A stretch of DNA of 64,000 nt from a virus. The stretch spans positions 4,273 to 68,272 of the IMG/VR virus record IMGVR_UViG_3300023184_000103; one strand, given 5' to 3'. Of this stretch, positions 28,519-36,515 are shown one piece after another; the first letter of the stretch is position 1; each line of letters opens with the position of its first letter. Under the pieces are notes generated by a model. The model did no database searches, was not told where the DNA came from, and saw only the letters and a list, made by a program, of their open reading frames with translations. The translations under genes were made by a program, and so were the position numbers.

Positions 28519-28757
28519 GCTTCCCTCGCTTTCAGCATAGCCAATTCCCTCGTTTTCAGCATAGCGTCTGCCATGACGTAAGCGTCACAAGCGTACAAAT
28601 CCTCGACATGCCGAGTGTAGCCATGGGCTAATATTCCCTGCAATGCCAACGCCGCAAAGTAATCGCGCAGGGTCATGCCAGATTCGTGGGTAGTAGTAAC
28701 GCCGTGCCCGTGGTCTAGGATGTTGCGCGGAAACGCTGGGCCTCCTGTGTTACTCAT
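28515..28757 (-). CDS. Conserved small phage protein
   Basis: TGGPAFP...GMTLRDYFAA.A.Q...AY..ADAML motif. Confidence 0.8.
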   Translation of the reverse strand: MSNTGGPAFPRNILDHGHGVTTTHESGMTLRDYFAALALQGILAHGYTRHVEDLYACDAYVMADAMLKTRELAMLKAREA

Positions 28758-28846
28758 AGTGGACTCTCCTCATGGTTGCTGGGATTAAATGGCATCGGCG
28801 GTACAGGCCGGTTAGGTGGTAGCTGGGTGGGGAAAGGCCATGTCAT
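28754..28846 (-). CDS. 30-aa Pro-rich micro-protein (not in ORF track)
   Basis: MTWPFPTQLPPNRPVPPMPFNPSNHEESPL; ATGA overlaps at both ends. Confidence 0.7.
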   Translation of the reverse strand: MTWPFPTQLPPNRPVPPMPFNPSNHEESPL

Positions 28847-29076
28847 ATCCGATTCCCCCGTGAGTTTGTTACCCTGTCAAAAGCTCTTCCCAAATCGCGG
28901 TTGCGATCTTTAGCGCCAACAAGTATCTGTGCTTTGATGAACAGGTTGGTATTGGCCTCGGCTTCCTCAAATGATTTGGCAAGCCACACTGCTTCGGGTC
29001 GCAACTTCCTTTTCGCAATCGCTTGCTTGATCTGCAAGTCAATGGCTCGTCTAGTCATTGTCTCGGCGTCACTCAT
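28843..29076 (-). CDS. Hypothetical protein
   Basis: GGAG RBS; coupled overlaps. Confidence 0.55.
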   Translation of the reverse strand: MSDAETMTRRAIDLQIKQAIAKRKLRPEAVWLAKSFEEAEANTNLFIKAQILVGAKDRNRDLGRAFDRVTNSRGNRI

Positions 29077-29273
29077 GTTTGTTTCTCCGCGTCCGCTAAA
29101 AATTTACGTAACCGTTTGATGCGTGCGTCTTCATAACTCACCACACTGGTGGCGTACTCCACGGCACTGTGAGCTTCCAGCTTGTGCAGTTCAGCTTCTG
29201 CTAGTTCAGTAGCTGCCATCTCAACGGGCGTGAGCCGCCTAGTCATCCGTTTAAATTGTTGCGTTAGGTTCAT
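29073..29273 (-). CDS. Hypothetical protein
   Basis: TP.EMA..EL.EA....LEA.SA.EYA...V.Y...RI.RL helical pattern. Confidence 0.65.
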   Translation of the reverse strand: MNLTQQFKRMTRRLTPVEMAATELAEAELHKLEAHSAVEYATSVVSYEDARIKRLRKFLADAEKQT

Positions 29274-29536
29274 GATGCCACCGCTAGCTTCTCGGCTTTC
29301 TTTTTGAGGTAGTACTTACGTGCGTACTCTTGCTGTTTTAATATTTGTTTGGTTGTTTTAACTTTTGGCTTTGGCGTCGGCGCTGCCTTTGGCTTGGGCC
29401 GTATCGCGTTATGCAGGATCGTCACCCCGCTCTTCAGTGCCGTAAGTTCCATTCGAGTGCTCTTCAGCATGACCTGCAGGTGCAGGTTCGCAGTCTCAAG
29501 CTCGTTAAGGCGGCGGAAGATGTTTAAGTTTTTCAT
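29270..29536 (-). CDS. Hypothetical protein
   Basis: Coiled coil plus basic C-terminus (EYARKYYLKKK); AAGGA RBS. Confidence 0.6.
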   Translation of the reverse strand: MKNLNIFRRLNELETANLHLQVMLKSTRMELTALKSGVTILHNAIRPKPKAAPTPKPKVKTTKQILKQQEYARKYYLKKKAEKLAVAS

Positions 29537-29721
29537 GGTTGTTTTCCTTGTTTTAATATTTCCATTCGCTCTCGGTTGGCTCTCACAGTGCAGTACCTTT
29601 GATGGATACGCTCTAACATTGACACTCTACGGTGTTTAGTTCGTTCTTCCTCCAATAAAGCCAATAAGTCAGCCTCACTGTAATTTGGAAGTTCACTTTG
29701 AAACTTTCTCCAAGTCAACAA
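29533..29721 (-). CDS. Conserved hypothetical protein
   Basis: L.EE...RR..MLERIHQRY...R..RER motif. Confidence 0.65.
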   Translation of the reverse strand: MLTWRKFQSELPNYSEADLLALLEEERTKHRRVSMLERIHQRYCTVRANRERMEILKQGKQP

Positions 29722-29857
29722 TTTTCTTCTCCAGTTCGGTGATGTGGGCGGTCACCTTTTGATAAGCCCGTGATGCACTGTTGTGCGTCCGGGTGCGGAT
29801 TGCAAGTTCAGCCTGAGCGGCCCTCAACTTAGCTTTGAGTTGGGTAAGTCTGTTCAT
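29693..29857 (-). CDS. 54-aa coiled-coil protein (not in ORF track)
   Basis: MNRLTQLKAKLRAAQAELAIRTR...; first gene after the putative promoter, very short leader. Confidence 0.55.
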   Translation of the reverse strand: MNRLTQLKAKLRAAQAELAIRTRTHNSASRAYQKVTAHITELEKKIVDLEKVSK

Positions 29858-29865
29858 GTCAAGAA

Positions 29866-29895
29866 GTTTAGCACAAGTAAATTGTTTGTTGCAAC
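29866..29895 (-). promoter_or_regulatory. Putative sigma70 promoter for the small early genes
   Basis: Minus strand TTGCAA-18nt-TAAACT with TG extension. Confidence 0.5.
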
Positions 29896-31904
29896 TATTT
29901 TTTGAGCATCATGCCGCTAGCAGTGCCAGGGTCAATGACGATCCAGCCGTTCTCATAGGCTTCAATCAATCCGGCCTCAATCAGCTTTGTGATATATGGT
30001 GCTTTACCATCAATCAAATTTCGCCTAGATCCTTTCTCTTTTGACTTGGGGAAGGCCGAAATTCCGTTAATCACAGCATAGTCACGCATCACTGATTTAG
30101 TAAGGTACGGTGCCCCTCCTCGATCTTCTGCGCCGGATGACCACCATGCTTTCTCAAAGTCTGAAAAAAGTTCTCCGTTGTTCTTTTGCTTAGACTCTGG
30201 CATCTGACCCTTGACAATCACTGCGCTAGTGACGGGTTCGCCATCCTCATCAAACCAGTCAGGGATTGCCACTGACTCAAGATCAACATAAATTGGAGTG
30301 GTCATCTCAGCATCTTTGCTCTTGCGCTGCACGATCTCAATAGACTTGTCACCCTTAGCAGGAACTACGCTGATCTCAATGTCCAATGCGCCACGCCATG
30401 CGGATGAGCCTCGCGCTCGGTGCTGGGCTTCCTCGCTGACGCCTGTGTGGTGAACGAGAATGACGGTGCAGCCAAACTCTTGCATAAGTGCAGCACAAGC
30501 GTCTAGCATGGTCTTGGCGTCTTGGGCGCTGTTTTCATCACCGGCCATAAACCTGTGCAGGGTGTCCACCGTGATCACATCAGGCTTGATTTTGAGCGCC
30601 CTTATGGCTTCCACCACTTTTAGGTACCCCTCGGCGGTGTTGAGGTCTACACCAGACTTGCTGACCCACATATTTAAGTTGCTAACGTTGTTGTGGTGCT
30701 TCCATGCTGCTATCCGACTTCGCAATCCGTGATGACCTTCACCAGCCAAATACACCATGTTGCCTGGTCTGACCTTGTGACCAAACCATTCAGTCTTTCC
30801 ACTAGCAATGTGCAGCATCCAGTCCAGCGTCACGAATGTCTTACCGCCACCGCTTGGACCATGCACCATCACCAAAGCCTTGTCCTGTATCCAATGCTTC
30901 ACAAGCCATGCAATGGGTGCAGGCTGCTCTGAAAAGCTATCTGCATGAATAAGGTAGTCAGTTGCTACAACAGGCTTTAAAAGCAGCGCCAAGTCATGCC
31001 CTGCTTGAACGTAATCATTGGCATCTCCTAGCACTGGCGGTGTTGTCATGCGTACCCCATACTTTGCGCTAGCCTGCTCAGCGTAGCGTTGCCCAACTCC
31101 ACTAGCGTCATGGTCGGCCACGATGCAAATGTCTAGCGTCGGATGGCCTTCTTTCAGGATCCCGGTCACCGGCACTAGGTTGCTGGCGCTGTATGCCACC
31201 GCGCAGGGCTGGCCTGTGACCTCCGCTATGGTGGCGGCTGTGGCAAAGCCCTCGGCAATGTAGAGAGTGGTCGCATCATCCATGCTTCCAAGCATCCAAA
31301 ACATTGAGCCGGTCTGGCCACCAGGGTGATACAGCTTGTTGCCTTGATGGTCAATATACTGGATGCTAGAGAGTTCTCCGTCTACTGAGTAAAGTGGCAC
31401 CATCAGTCTGCCGTCGCCTGTAATCCTTGCGCCATGCGTCTTAATGCTTTTGCGCTGCAAGTATGGATGCTCAGGGCTTGCTGCTCCTGCCTGCGACCAG
31501 ATCAGATCAACGGTGTTAGCGGCAACTTCTCTGGTCTTTTTCTGCTCTGCATCACGCTGGGTCTTGGCTTCTGCCAAGCGCCGAGACTGTGCCATTTCCT
31601 CTACCGGTGTCAGACTGCGACCAATGTCTGCCTTCCAACTTGATTCAAAACCCGAGCGCCAGCAACCAAAGCGCCCTGCCGGTACGCCATCGGAGAAGAC
31701 CACATACCAACCAGGCTTGTCGTGACCTTTCTCGCCCTTTGTGCCTGAGTTAAATCGGTGCAACTTGCCGTCAAGATGGATGGCGTCTGGTGGTTTTAGC
31801 CCTGCGGCCAGCATGGCGTCCTTTAACTGGATGTCAGGCGCATCAACGTGCTTTTGAGGAGGTGGCGACCAAGGGCCACCGAGGATGCTTGCGAGGTCTG
31901 TCAT
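29895..31904 (-). CDS. Primase-helicase (Toprim + RepA/AAA_25 helicase)
   Basis: HPYL..K.I, IAEGFATA, ADHD..G, D.ND Toprim motifs; Walker A GPSGGGKT, VDTL, LVHH.G, RGSSA. Confidence 0.92.
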   Translation of the reverse strand: MTDLASILGGPWSPPPQKHVDAPDIQLKDAMLAAGLKPPDAIHLDGKLHRFNSGTKGEKGHDKPGWYVVFSDGVPAGRFGCWRSGFESSWKADIGRSLTPVEEMAQSRRLAEAKTQRDAEQKKTREVAANTVDLIWSQAGAASPEHPYLQRKSIKTHGARITGDGRLMVPLYSVDGELSSIQYIDHQGNKLYHPGGQTGSMFWMLGSMDDATTLYIAEGFATAATIAEVTGQPCAVAYSASNLVPVTGILKEGHPTLDICIVADHDASGVGQRYAEQASAKYGVRMTTPPVLGDANDYVQAGHDLALLLKPVVATDYLIHADSFSEQPAPIAWLVKHWIQDKALVMVHGPSGGGKTFVTLDWMLHIASGKTEWFGHKVRPGNMVYLAGEGHHGLRSRIAAWKHHNNVSNLNMWVSKSGVDLNTAEGYLKVVEAIRALKIKPDVITVDTLHRFMAGDENSAQDAKTMLDACAALMQEFGCTVILVHHTGVSEEAQHRARGSSAWRGALDIEISVVPAKGDKSIEIVQRKSKDAEMTTPIYVDLESVAIPDWFDEDGEPVTSAVIVKGQMPESKQKNNGELFSDFEKAWWSSGAEDRGGAPYLTKSVMRDYAVINGISAFPKSKEKGSRRNLIDGKAPYITKLIEAGLIEAYENGWIVIDPGTASGMMLKK

Positions 31905-31933
31905 TTATTTTTCAATCTTTTGTTAAAAAGTTG

Positions 31934-31968
31934 TTGACACTGTAACATGAACCCGTGCTACAATGCAA
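31934..31968. promoter_or_regulatory. Overlapping divergent sigma70-like promoters
   Basis: Plus: TTGACA (31934) and extended TGcTACAAT (31956-31964); minus: TTGCAT-18nt-TACAGT; lies between divergent genes. Confidence 0.6.
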
Positions 31969-32018
31969 CCACGTTACGAACTGAGTCCAGACGGTAACGC
32001 AAACTGAAGGAGAGCCAT

Positions 32019-32684
32019 ATGGCTATATCATTAAAACGCACCGGCGGCATTTCGTCCAATGGTGTCAAGCTGCTTGTCTATGGGCAAGCGGGTGCTGGTA
32101 AGACTAGCTTGATCAAGACATTACCACACCCAGTGGTTCTGTCAGCTGAGGGGGGTTTGCTGTCCATCCAAGATGCTGACTTGCCTTACATTGAGATTAC
32201 CTCAATGGAAGACTTACGTGAGGCTTACAGCTGGGTACTGGAGTCTGACTACAAGAGTGTGGCTTTAGATTCAATTTCCGAAATTGCTGAAGTCTGCCTT
32301 AACCATGAGAAGAAGATCAACAAAGATCCGAGGGCGGCATACGGTGCAATGCAAGAGCAAATGGCTGACATCATTCGCTCATTCCGCGACCTTCCGAGCA
32401 AGCATGTGCTTATGACCGCCAAGTTGGAGAAGACCCAAGATGAGATGGGGCGTGTGCTGTACAGCCCATCAATGCCGGGTAACAAGACCGGGCAGGCGCT
32501 GCCTTACTTCTTTGATGAGGTCTTGGCTTTGAGGGTTGAGAAGGATGCCGAGGGCAACACCCAACGCGCTTTGATGTGTGATTCTGATGGCTTATGGCTT
32601 GCCAAGGATCGTAGCGGCAAACTTGGAACCTGGGAAGCGCCTGATCTAGGCGAGATCATCAACAAGATTGGGGGTGTGGCATGA
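32019..32684 (+). CDS. AAA_24/Sak4-like NTPase (recombination)
   Basis: LVYGQAGAGKT, SAEGG, LDSISE, AKDRSG; AAGGAG RBS. Confidence 0.88.
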   Translation: MAISLKRTGGISSNGVKLLVYGQAGAGKTSLIKTLPHPVVLSAEGGLLSIQDADLPYIEITSMEDLREAYSWVLESDYKSVALDSISEIAEVCLNHEKKINKDPRAAYGAMQEQMADIIRSFRDLPSKHVLMTAKLEKTQDEMGRVLYSPSMPGNKTGQALPYFFDEVLALRVEKDAEGNTQRALMCDSDGLWLAKDRSGKLGTWEAPDLGEIINKIGGVA

Positions 32685-32875
32685 GTAAGCCTTCAGTCGG
32701 ACTAATTGCCTTGTGGACAGGCGAACTGGTTGCTAATGTTGAACACATGAAAGACATGGCAATCCACCAGATGGATGATGCTCAGTTGGATCAGTTTGCC
32801 AAATATGTCAAAGAAGCGGGTTACTCGCTAGCGTCCATCACCAAGTACGTTAGAGAATGTCAGGAGCAGCCATGA
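32681..32875 (+). CDS. Hypothetical protein
   Basis: 64 aa with ATGA overlaps on both sides. Confidence 0.55.
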   Translation: MSKPSVGLIALWTGELVANVEHMKDMAIHQMDDAQLDQFAKYVKEAGYSLASITKYVRECQEQP

Positions 32876-33246
32876 GCACCCTTTACCAACGCTGGCTTGA
32901 TGCCAAAAAGCTGGAGGCTACTGCGGTGGCTGAGCGCCGGGAACTGGAAGACCAAATGGTCGCTGAGTTCTCTATTCCCAAAGACTTGGACGGCACTCTT
33001 AAGCGTGAGGTTGACGGCTACATCATTAAGATGGAAGGACGTATCAACAAGAAGATTGATGCTGACAAGTTGCAGATGCTGGCCGCTGAGGCTGGTTTGT
33101 CCGAACACCTTTCCAGCTTGTTTCGCTGGAAGCCCGAGATCAATGCAAAGGCATGGGGTGCTGCGGCTGACGCCGTAACCCTGCCCCTGCTTGGTGCCAT
33201 TACGTCCACCCCTGGACGCCCCACTTTCACAATTTCTAAGGACTAA
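32872..33246 (+). CDS. Conserved replication-module protein
   Basis: W..AK..E..A...RR..ED; FRWKPEI; PGRP.F; AGGAG RBS before 32872. Confidence 0.7.
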   Translation: MSTLYQRWLDAKKLEATAVAERRELEDQMVAEFSIPKDLDGTLKREVDGYIIKMEGRINKKIDADKLQMLAAEAGLSEHLSSLFRWKPEINAKAWGAAADAVTLPLLGAITSTPGRPTFTISKD

Positions 33247-33248
33247 TC

Positions 33249-33740
33249 ATGGCTTTCCTCGACGAAGAATTTAGCATTGACACTCTCCCCATTGGCAACA
33301 CCGGAAACTTTGAACCATTGCCCGAGGGCTGGTACAACGCTACCATTACGGGCGCTGAAGTCAAGCCTACCAAAGCAGGTGACGGCAAGTACATTGCCTG
33401 CAAGTACACCATTACAGGGCCGACCCATCAGGGGCGCGTGGTGTTTGGCAATTTGAACATTAAAAACGCTAGTACCAAGGCCGAGGAGATTGGACGCCAG
33501 CAGCTTGGAGAGATCATGCGAGCCATCGGCCTTGCTAAGGTAACTAACACCGACCAATTGATTGGCGGGAACTTAGGCATCAAGCTGGTGGTCAAAACGG
33601 GCGAGTACGCCGGCAATGAGATCAAAGGCTACCGCGCACTAAATGGCGTTACACCGGCTGCTGTTGCACCGTTCAAACCAGTTGGGCCTGCTGCTGGTGC
33701 TGCACCGGCCAAGTCTGCTCCACCTTGGATTAAGAAGTAA
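33249..33740 (+). CDS. DUF669 family SSB-like protein
   Basis: FEPLPEGWY.A.I..AE.K.TK.G.G.Y; GR..F.NLN; NEIKGY; APPW tail. Confidence 0.85.
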   Translation: MAFLDEEFSIDTLPIGNTGNFEPLPEGWYNATITGAEVKPTKAGDGKYIACKYTITGPTHQGRVVFGNLNIKNASTKAEEIGRQQLGEIMRAIGLAKVTNTDQLIGGNLGIKLVVKTGEYAGNEIKGYRALNGVTPAAVAPFKPVGPAAGAAPAKSAPPWIKK

Positions 33741-33742
33741 GC

Positions 33743-33773
33743 AAAAAAAGACCCCGCTTGTGACGGCGGGGTC
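33743..33773 (-). terminator. GC hairpin with 5' A-tract (terminator for minus-strand transcripts)
   Basis: aaaaaaa-gaccccgc-(8 nt)-gcggggtc. Confidence 0.55.
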
Positions 33774-33804
33774 AAGATAGCAACATACAACAGGAACCAC
33801 CAAC

Positions 33805-34815
33805 ATGAATATTCCAGAGCCAGAGATTACCATAACTTCCTTGATTGACCAAGCCCATCAATCAAGGACTGAGAAGCCCCGAGCTCATATGGGGTGTAGC
33901 ACTTTGGGCCACCACTGCGAACGCTGGCTTTGGCTGTCATTCAGGTGGGCAGTGCAAGAAAAATTCCAAGGCAGGATCTTGCGACTTTTTAGGCGCGGCT
34001 TTAATGAAGAGGCCACCATCATTAACGACTTGAGGGCCATTGGCATGAGCGTGTCAGGAACCCAGCGCCGGGTTGACTTTGGCAGTCATGTATCCGGCAG
34101 CCTAGACGGTATCGGCAAGGGCGTACCCGGTGCGCCAAAGACTGAACACGTTTTGGAGTTCAAAACCCATAGCCTAAAGTCATTCAATGACCTAGAGAAG
34201 AATGGCGTGGCAAAGAGTAAACCCATGCACTTTACACAATGTCAGGTTTATATGCACGGCACCGAGTTGAAACGTGCTTTGTATGTGGCCATCTGCAAAG
34301 ACGATGACCGCATCTACACCGAGCGCCTGGAGTATGACCGTGATCATGCAGTGAAGGCAATTGAGAAAGGTCAGCGGCTGGCTCTGACTGACCGATTGCC
34401 ACCACCCATCAGCACTGACCCAACATGGTATGAATGCCGCCAATGTTCAGCGCATGATATGTGCCACGGTAGCAAGACCACCAAAGAGGTCAACTGTCGC
34501 ACGTGCGCTCACATTACGCCATTGTCAGATTCAACCTGGCACTGTGCCAAGTGGGATGCCATTGTGCCGTTGGATGCCCAGCTTACAGGCTGCGAGTCTC
34601 ACGTTATCCATCCTGACTTGGTGCCGTGGAAACGCATTGAAGGTCTTGACTGGGTAGCAATCTATGAGATCAACGGGCAAAGCATTGCCAACGGTGAGCC
34701 AGGTGAAGGGGTGTATGGCTCCAAAGAATTGTTGGCCAATGCTGCGGCCTGCGTGGACGCTGACCCGCAAGTGATGGCATTGCGGAAGGAATTTGACGGA
34801 AGGATAGTAGGATGA
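33805..34815 (+). CDS. Cas4-like PD-(D/E)xK exonuclease
   Basis: G.S..G..CER.LW; GSLDG; LEFKT; Q.Q.YM; C..C.....C cluster. Confidence 0.85.
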   Translation: MNIPEPEITITSLIDQAHQSRTEKPRAHMGCSTLGHHCERWLWLSFRWAVQEKFQGRILRLFRRGFNEEATIINDLRAIGMSVSGTQRRVDFGSHVSGSLDGIGKGVPGAPKTEHVLEFKTHSLKSFNDLEKNGVAKSKPMHFTQCQVYMHGTELKRALYVAICKDDDRIYTERLEYDRDHAVKAIEKGQRLALTDRLPPPISTDPTWYECRQCSAHDMCHGSKTTKEVNCRTCAHITPLSDSTWHCAKWDAIVPLDAQLTGCESHVIHPDLVPWKRIEGLDWVAIYEINGQSIANGEPGEGVYGSKELLANAAACVDADPQVMALRKEFDGRIVG

Positions 34816-36515
34816 AATATCTGTCCGTTTGCTCTGGCATTGAAGCCGCAACAGTTGCATGGCATCCGCTCGGTTGGACGCCAGTTGGGTTTGGGGAAAT
34901 TGAGAAGTTTCCATGCCAAGTGCTAGCGCATCATTACCCAGATGTGCCAAATTTTGGTGATATGACTAAATTTAAGGAGTGGTCAATTGAATCAGATGTC
35001 AATGTTCTCGTCGGAGGAACTCCTTGTCAATCATTCAGTGTCGCCGGACTCCGAAAGGGATTGGATGACCCTCGTGGCAACCTCATGCTTACATACCTTG
35101 CCATTGCTGCAAAGTATCGGCCCCAGTGGCTGGTTTGGGAGAACGTCCCCGGCGTCTTATCCTCTAACGGAGGACTCGACTTTGCCTCCCTCCTTCGAGG
35201 GATGGGGGAACTCGGGTATGGGTTCGCATACCGGGTTCTTGACGCTCAGTACTTCGGAGTGGCCCAGCGAAGGCGTCGCGTGTTTGTTGTCGGATATCTT
35301 GGAAACTGGCGACCTGCCGCAGCGGTTCTTTTTGAGCGCCATAGCCTGTGCGGGTATCCTGCGCCGAGCAGAAAAAAGAGGGAAAGTGTTGCCCCTAGCA
35401 TTGGAACAGGCGCTCCTGTCAGTGACTACGATGTCGCAGGAACCCTTGACAAAGGAGTGCCGGGACGAGGAATAGGACACAACGGCAACTACGATTCACA
35501 AGTTGTATCAGTCAGTCGTAACAACCACGAAGAGTGTGTAAGTTGGCCAGCTGAGATTAGCAGCACCTTAGACACAACCTTTGGCACAAAACAAGGATTA
35601 GAAAATCAGCATGTCAATGCGGGATGTCCCATGTTTGTGCCTGTGCAAACTTTTTCTACGCCAGCGATTGGTAGCATCAGGGAAGATTCATTGTCATCTT
35701 GCATCACTAAAAATACAGGCGGTGGTGGAGAAACTCAAAACCCTGCATTTGTATTGCAGCCAATTGCTCTTGCTGAGAACACCATAGGACGCAAGCCTGA
35801 GAATGGTGGCAACGGTGATGGTTTTACTGATGGCGGCCCGATGTACACGCTCAACGCAACTGGGGTGCATGGTGTGGCGCAGCCGATCCCAATTGACACA
35901 ATGAACATCAGAAGCAGACCATCTGATGATCGTAGAGGAAACCGTATTGGCCGTGGCTATGGTGAGGAAGGTGACCCAATGTTCACCATCACAAGAACAG
36001 ATCATCATGCGGTAGCGCAGCCGATTGCATTTGATGCTTACAACCAAACTACATCAGATATTGTTAGCGCATTACGTTGTGCCGCAGGTGGCGTATTTGA
36101 TAACACGATAGCGCAGGCAATGGCGTTCCCTTGGCAATTAGCACTTGACCCAATCGGAAATCCTGCGGATCTAAGCGGCACACTGGTTAAAAATCAAACG
36201 ATGGCGGTAGCGCAACCAATTGGTTGGTCAGAAGAATTCACCGCAAGTGTAGACATGGCTGGCACTCTCCAATATGGCGGTCAAGGTGGTCGCCATGATG
36301 GTGTGATGACCCAAACCATGCAAGTCCGCCGCCTCACCCCCACGGAATGTGAGCGCCTGCAGGGCTTCCCTGACGGCTACACCGACATCCAACACAAGGG
36401 CAAGGCAACACCTGATGGCCCTAGGTACAAGGCGTTAGGCAATAGCATGGCAGTGCCAGTGATGGCGTGGATCGGCAAAAGGATTCAACAGGTTGAGGCT
36501 ATCCATGCTTCGTGA
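34812..36515 (+). CDS. DNA cytosine-C5 methyltransferase with expanded variable region
   Basis: SVCSGI (I), GGTPCQSFS (IV), ENVPG (VI), QRRRRVF (VIII), RRLTPTECERLQGFPD, YKALGNS (X). Confidence 0.95.
   Translation: MKYLSVCSGIEAATVAWHPLGWTPVGFGEIEKFPCQVLAHHYPDVPNFGDMTKFKEWSIESDVNVLVGGTPCQSFSVAGLRKGLDDPRGNLMLTYLAIAAKYRPQWLVWENVPGVLSSNGGLDFASLLRGMGELGYGFAYRVLDAQYFGVAQRRRRVFVVGYLGNWRPAAAVLFERHSLCGYPAPSRKKRESVAPSIGTGAPVSDYDVAGTLDKGVPGRGIGHNGNYDSQVVSVSRNNHEECVSWPAEISSTLDTTFGTKQGLENQHVNAGCPMFVPVQTFSTPAIGSIREDSLSSCITKNTGGGGETQNPAFVLQPIALAENTIGRKPENGGNGDGFTDGGPMYTLNATGVHGVAQPIPIDTMNIRSRPSDDRRGNRIGRGYGEEGDPMFTITRTDHHAVAQPIAFDAYNQTTSDIVSALRCAAGGVFDNTIAQAMAFPWQLALDPIGNPADLSGTLVKNQTMAVAQPIGWSEEFTASVDMAGTLQYGGQGGRHDGVMTQTMQVRRLTPTECERLQGFPDGYTDIQHKGKATPDGPRYKALGNSMAVPVMAWIGKRIQQVEAIHAS
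34987..35475 (+). CDS. Nested +1-frame ORF, M.EcoHK31I beta-subunit-like
   Basis: AAGGAG (34974-34979) 7 nt before TTG 34987; LSDILE....P.RFFLS..AC.GILRRAE.RGK.LP..LE.AL. Confidence 0.7.
   Translation: MNQMSMFSSEELLVNHSVSPDSERDWMTLVATSCLHTLPLLQSIGPSGWFGRTSPASYPLTEDSTLPPSFEGWGNSGMGSHTGFLTLSTSEWPSEGVACLLSDILETGDLPQRFFLSAIACAGILRRAEKRGKVLPLALEQALLSVTTMSQEPLTKECRDEE

Noticed and set aside
33805-34815. CRISPR-Cas system implied by a Cas4-like gene
   Set aside because: No array or other cas genes; stand-alone Cas4-like nucleases are routine in phage recombination modules.
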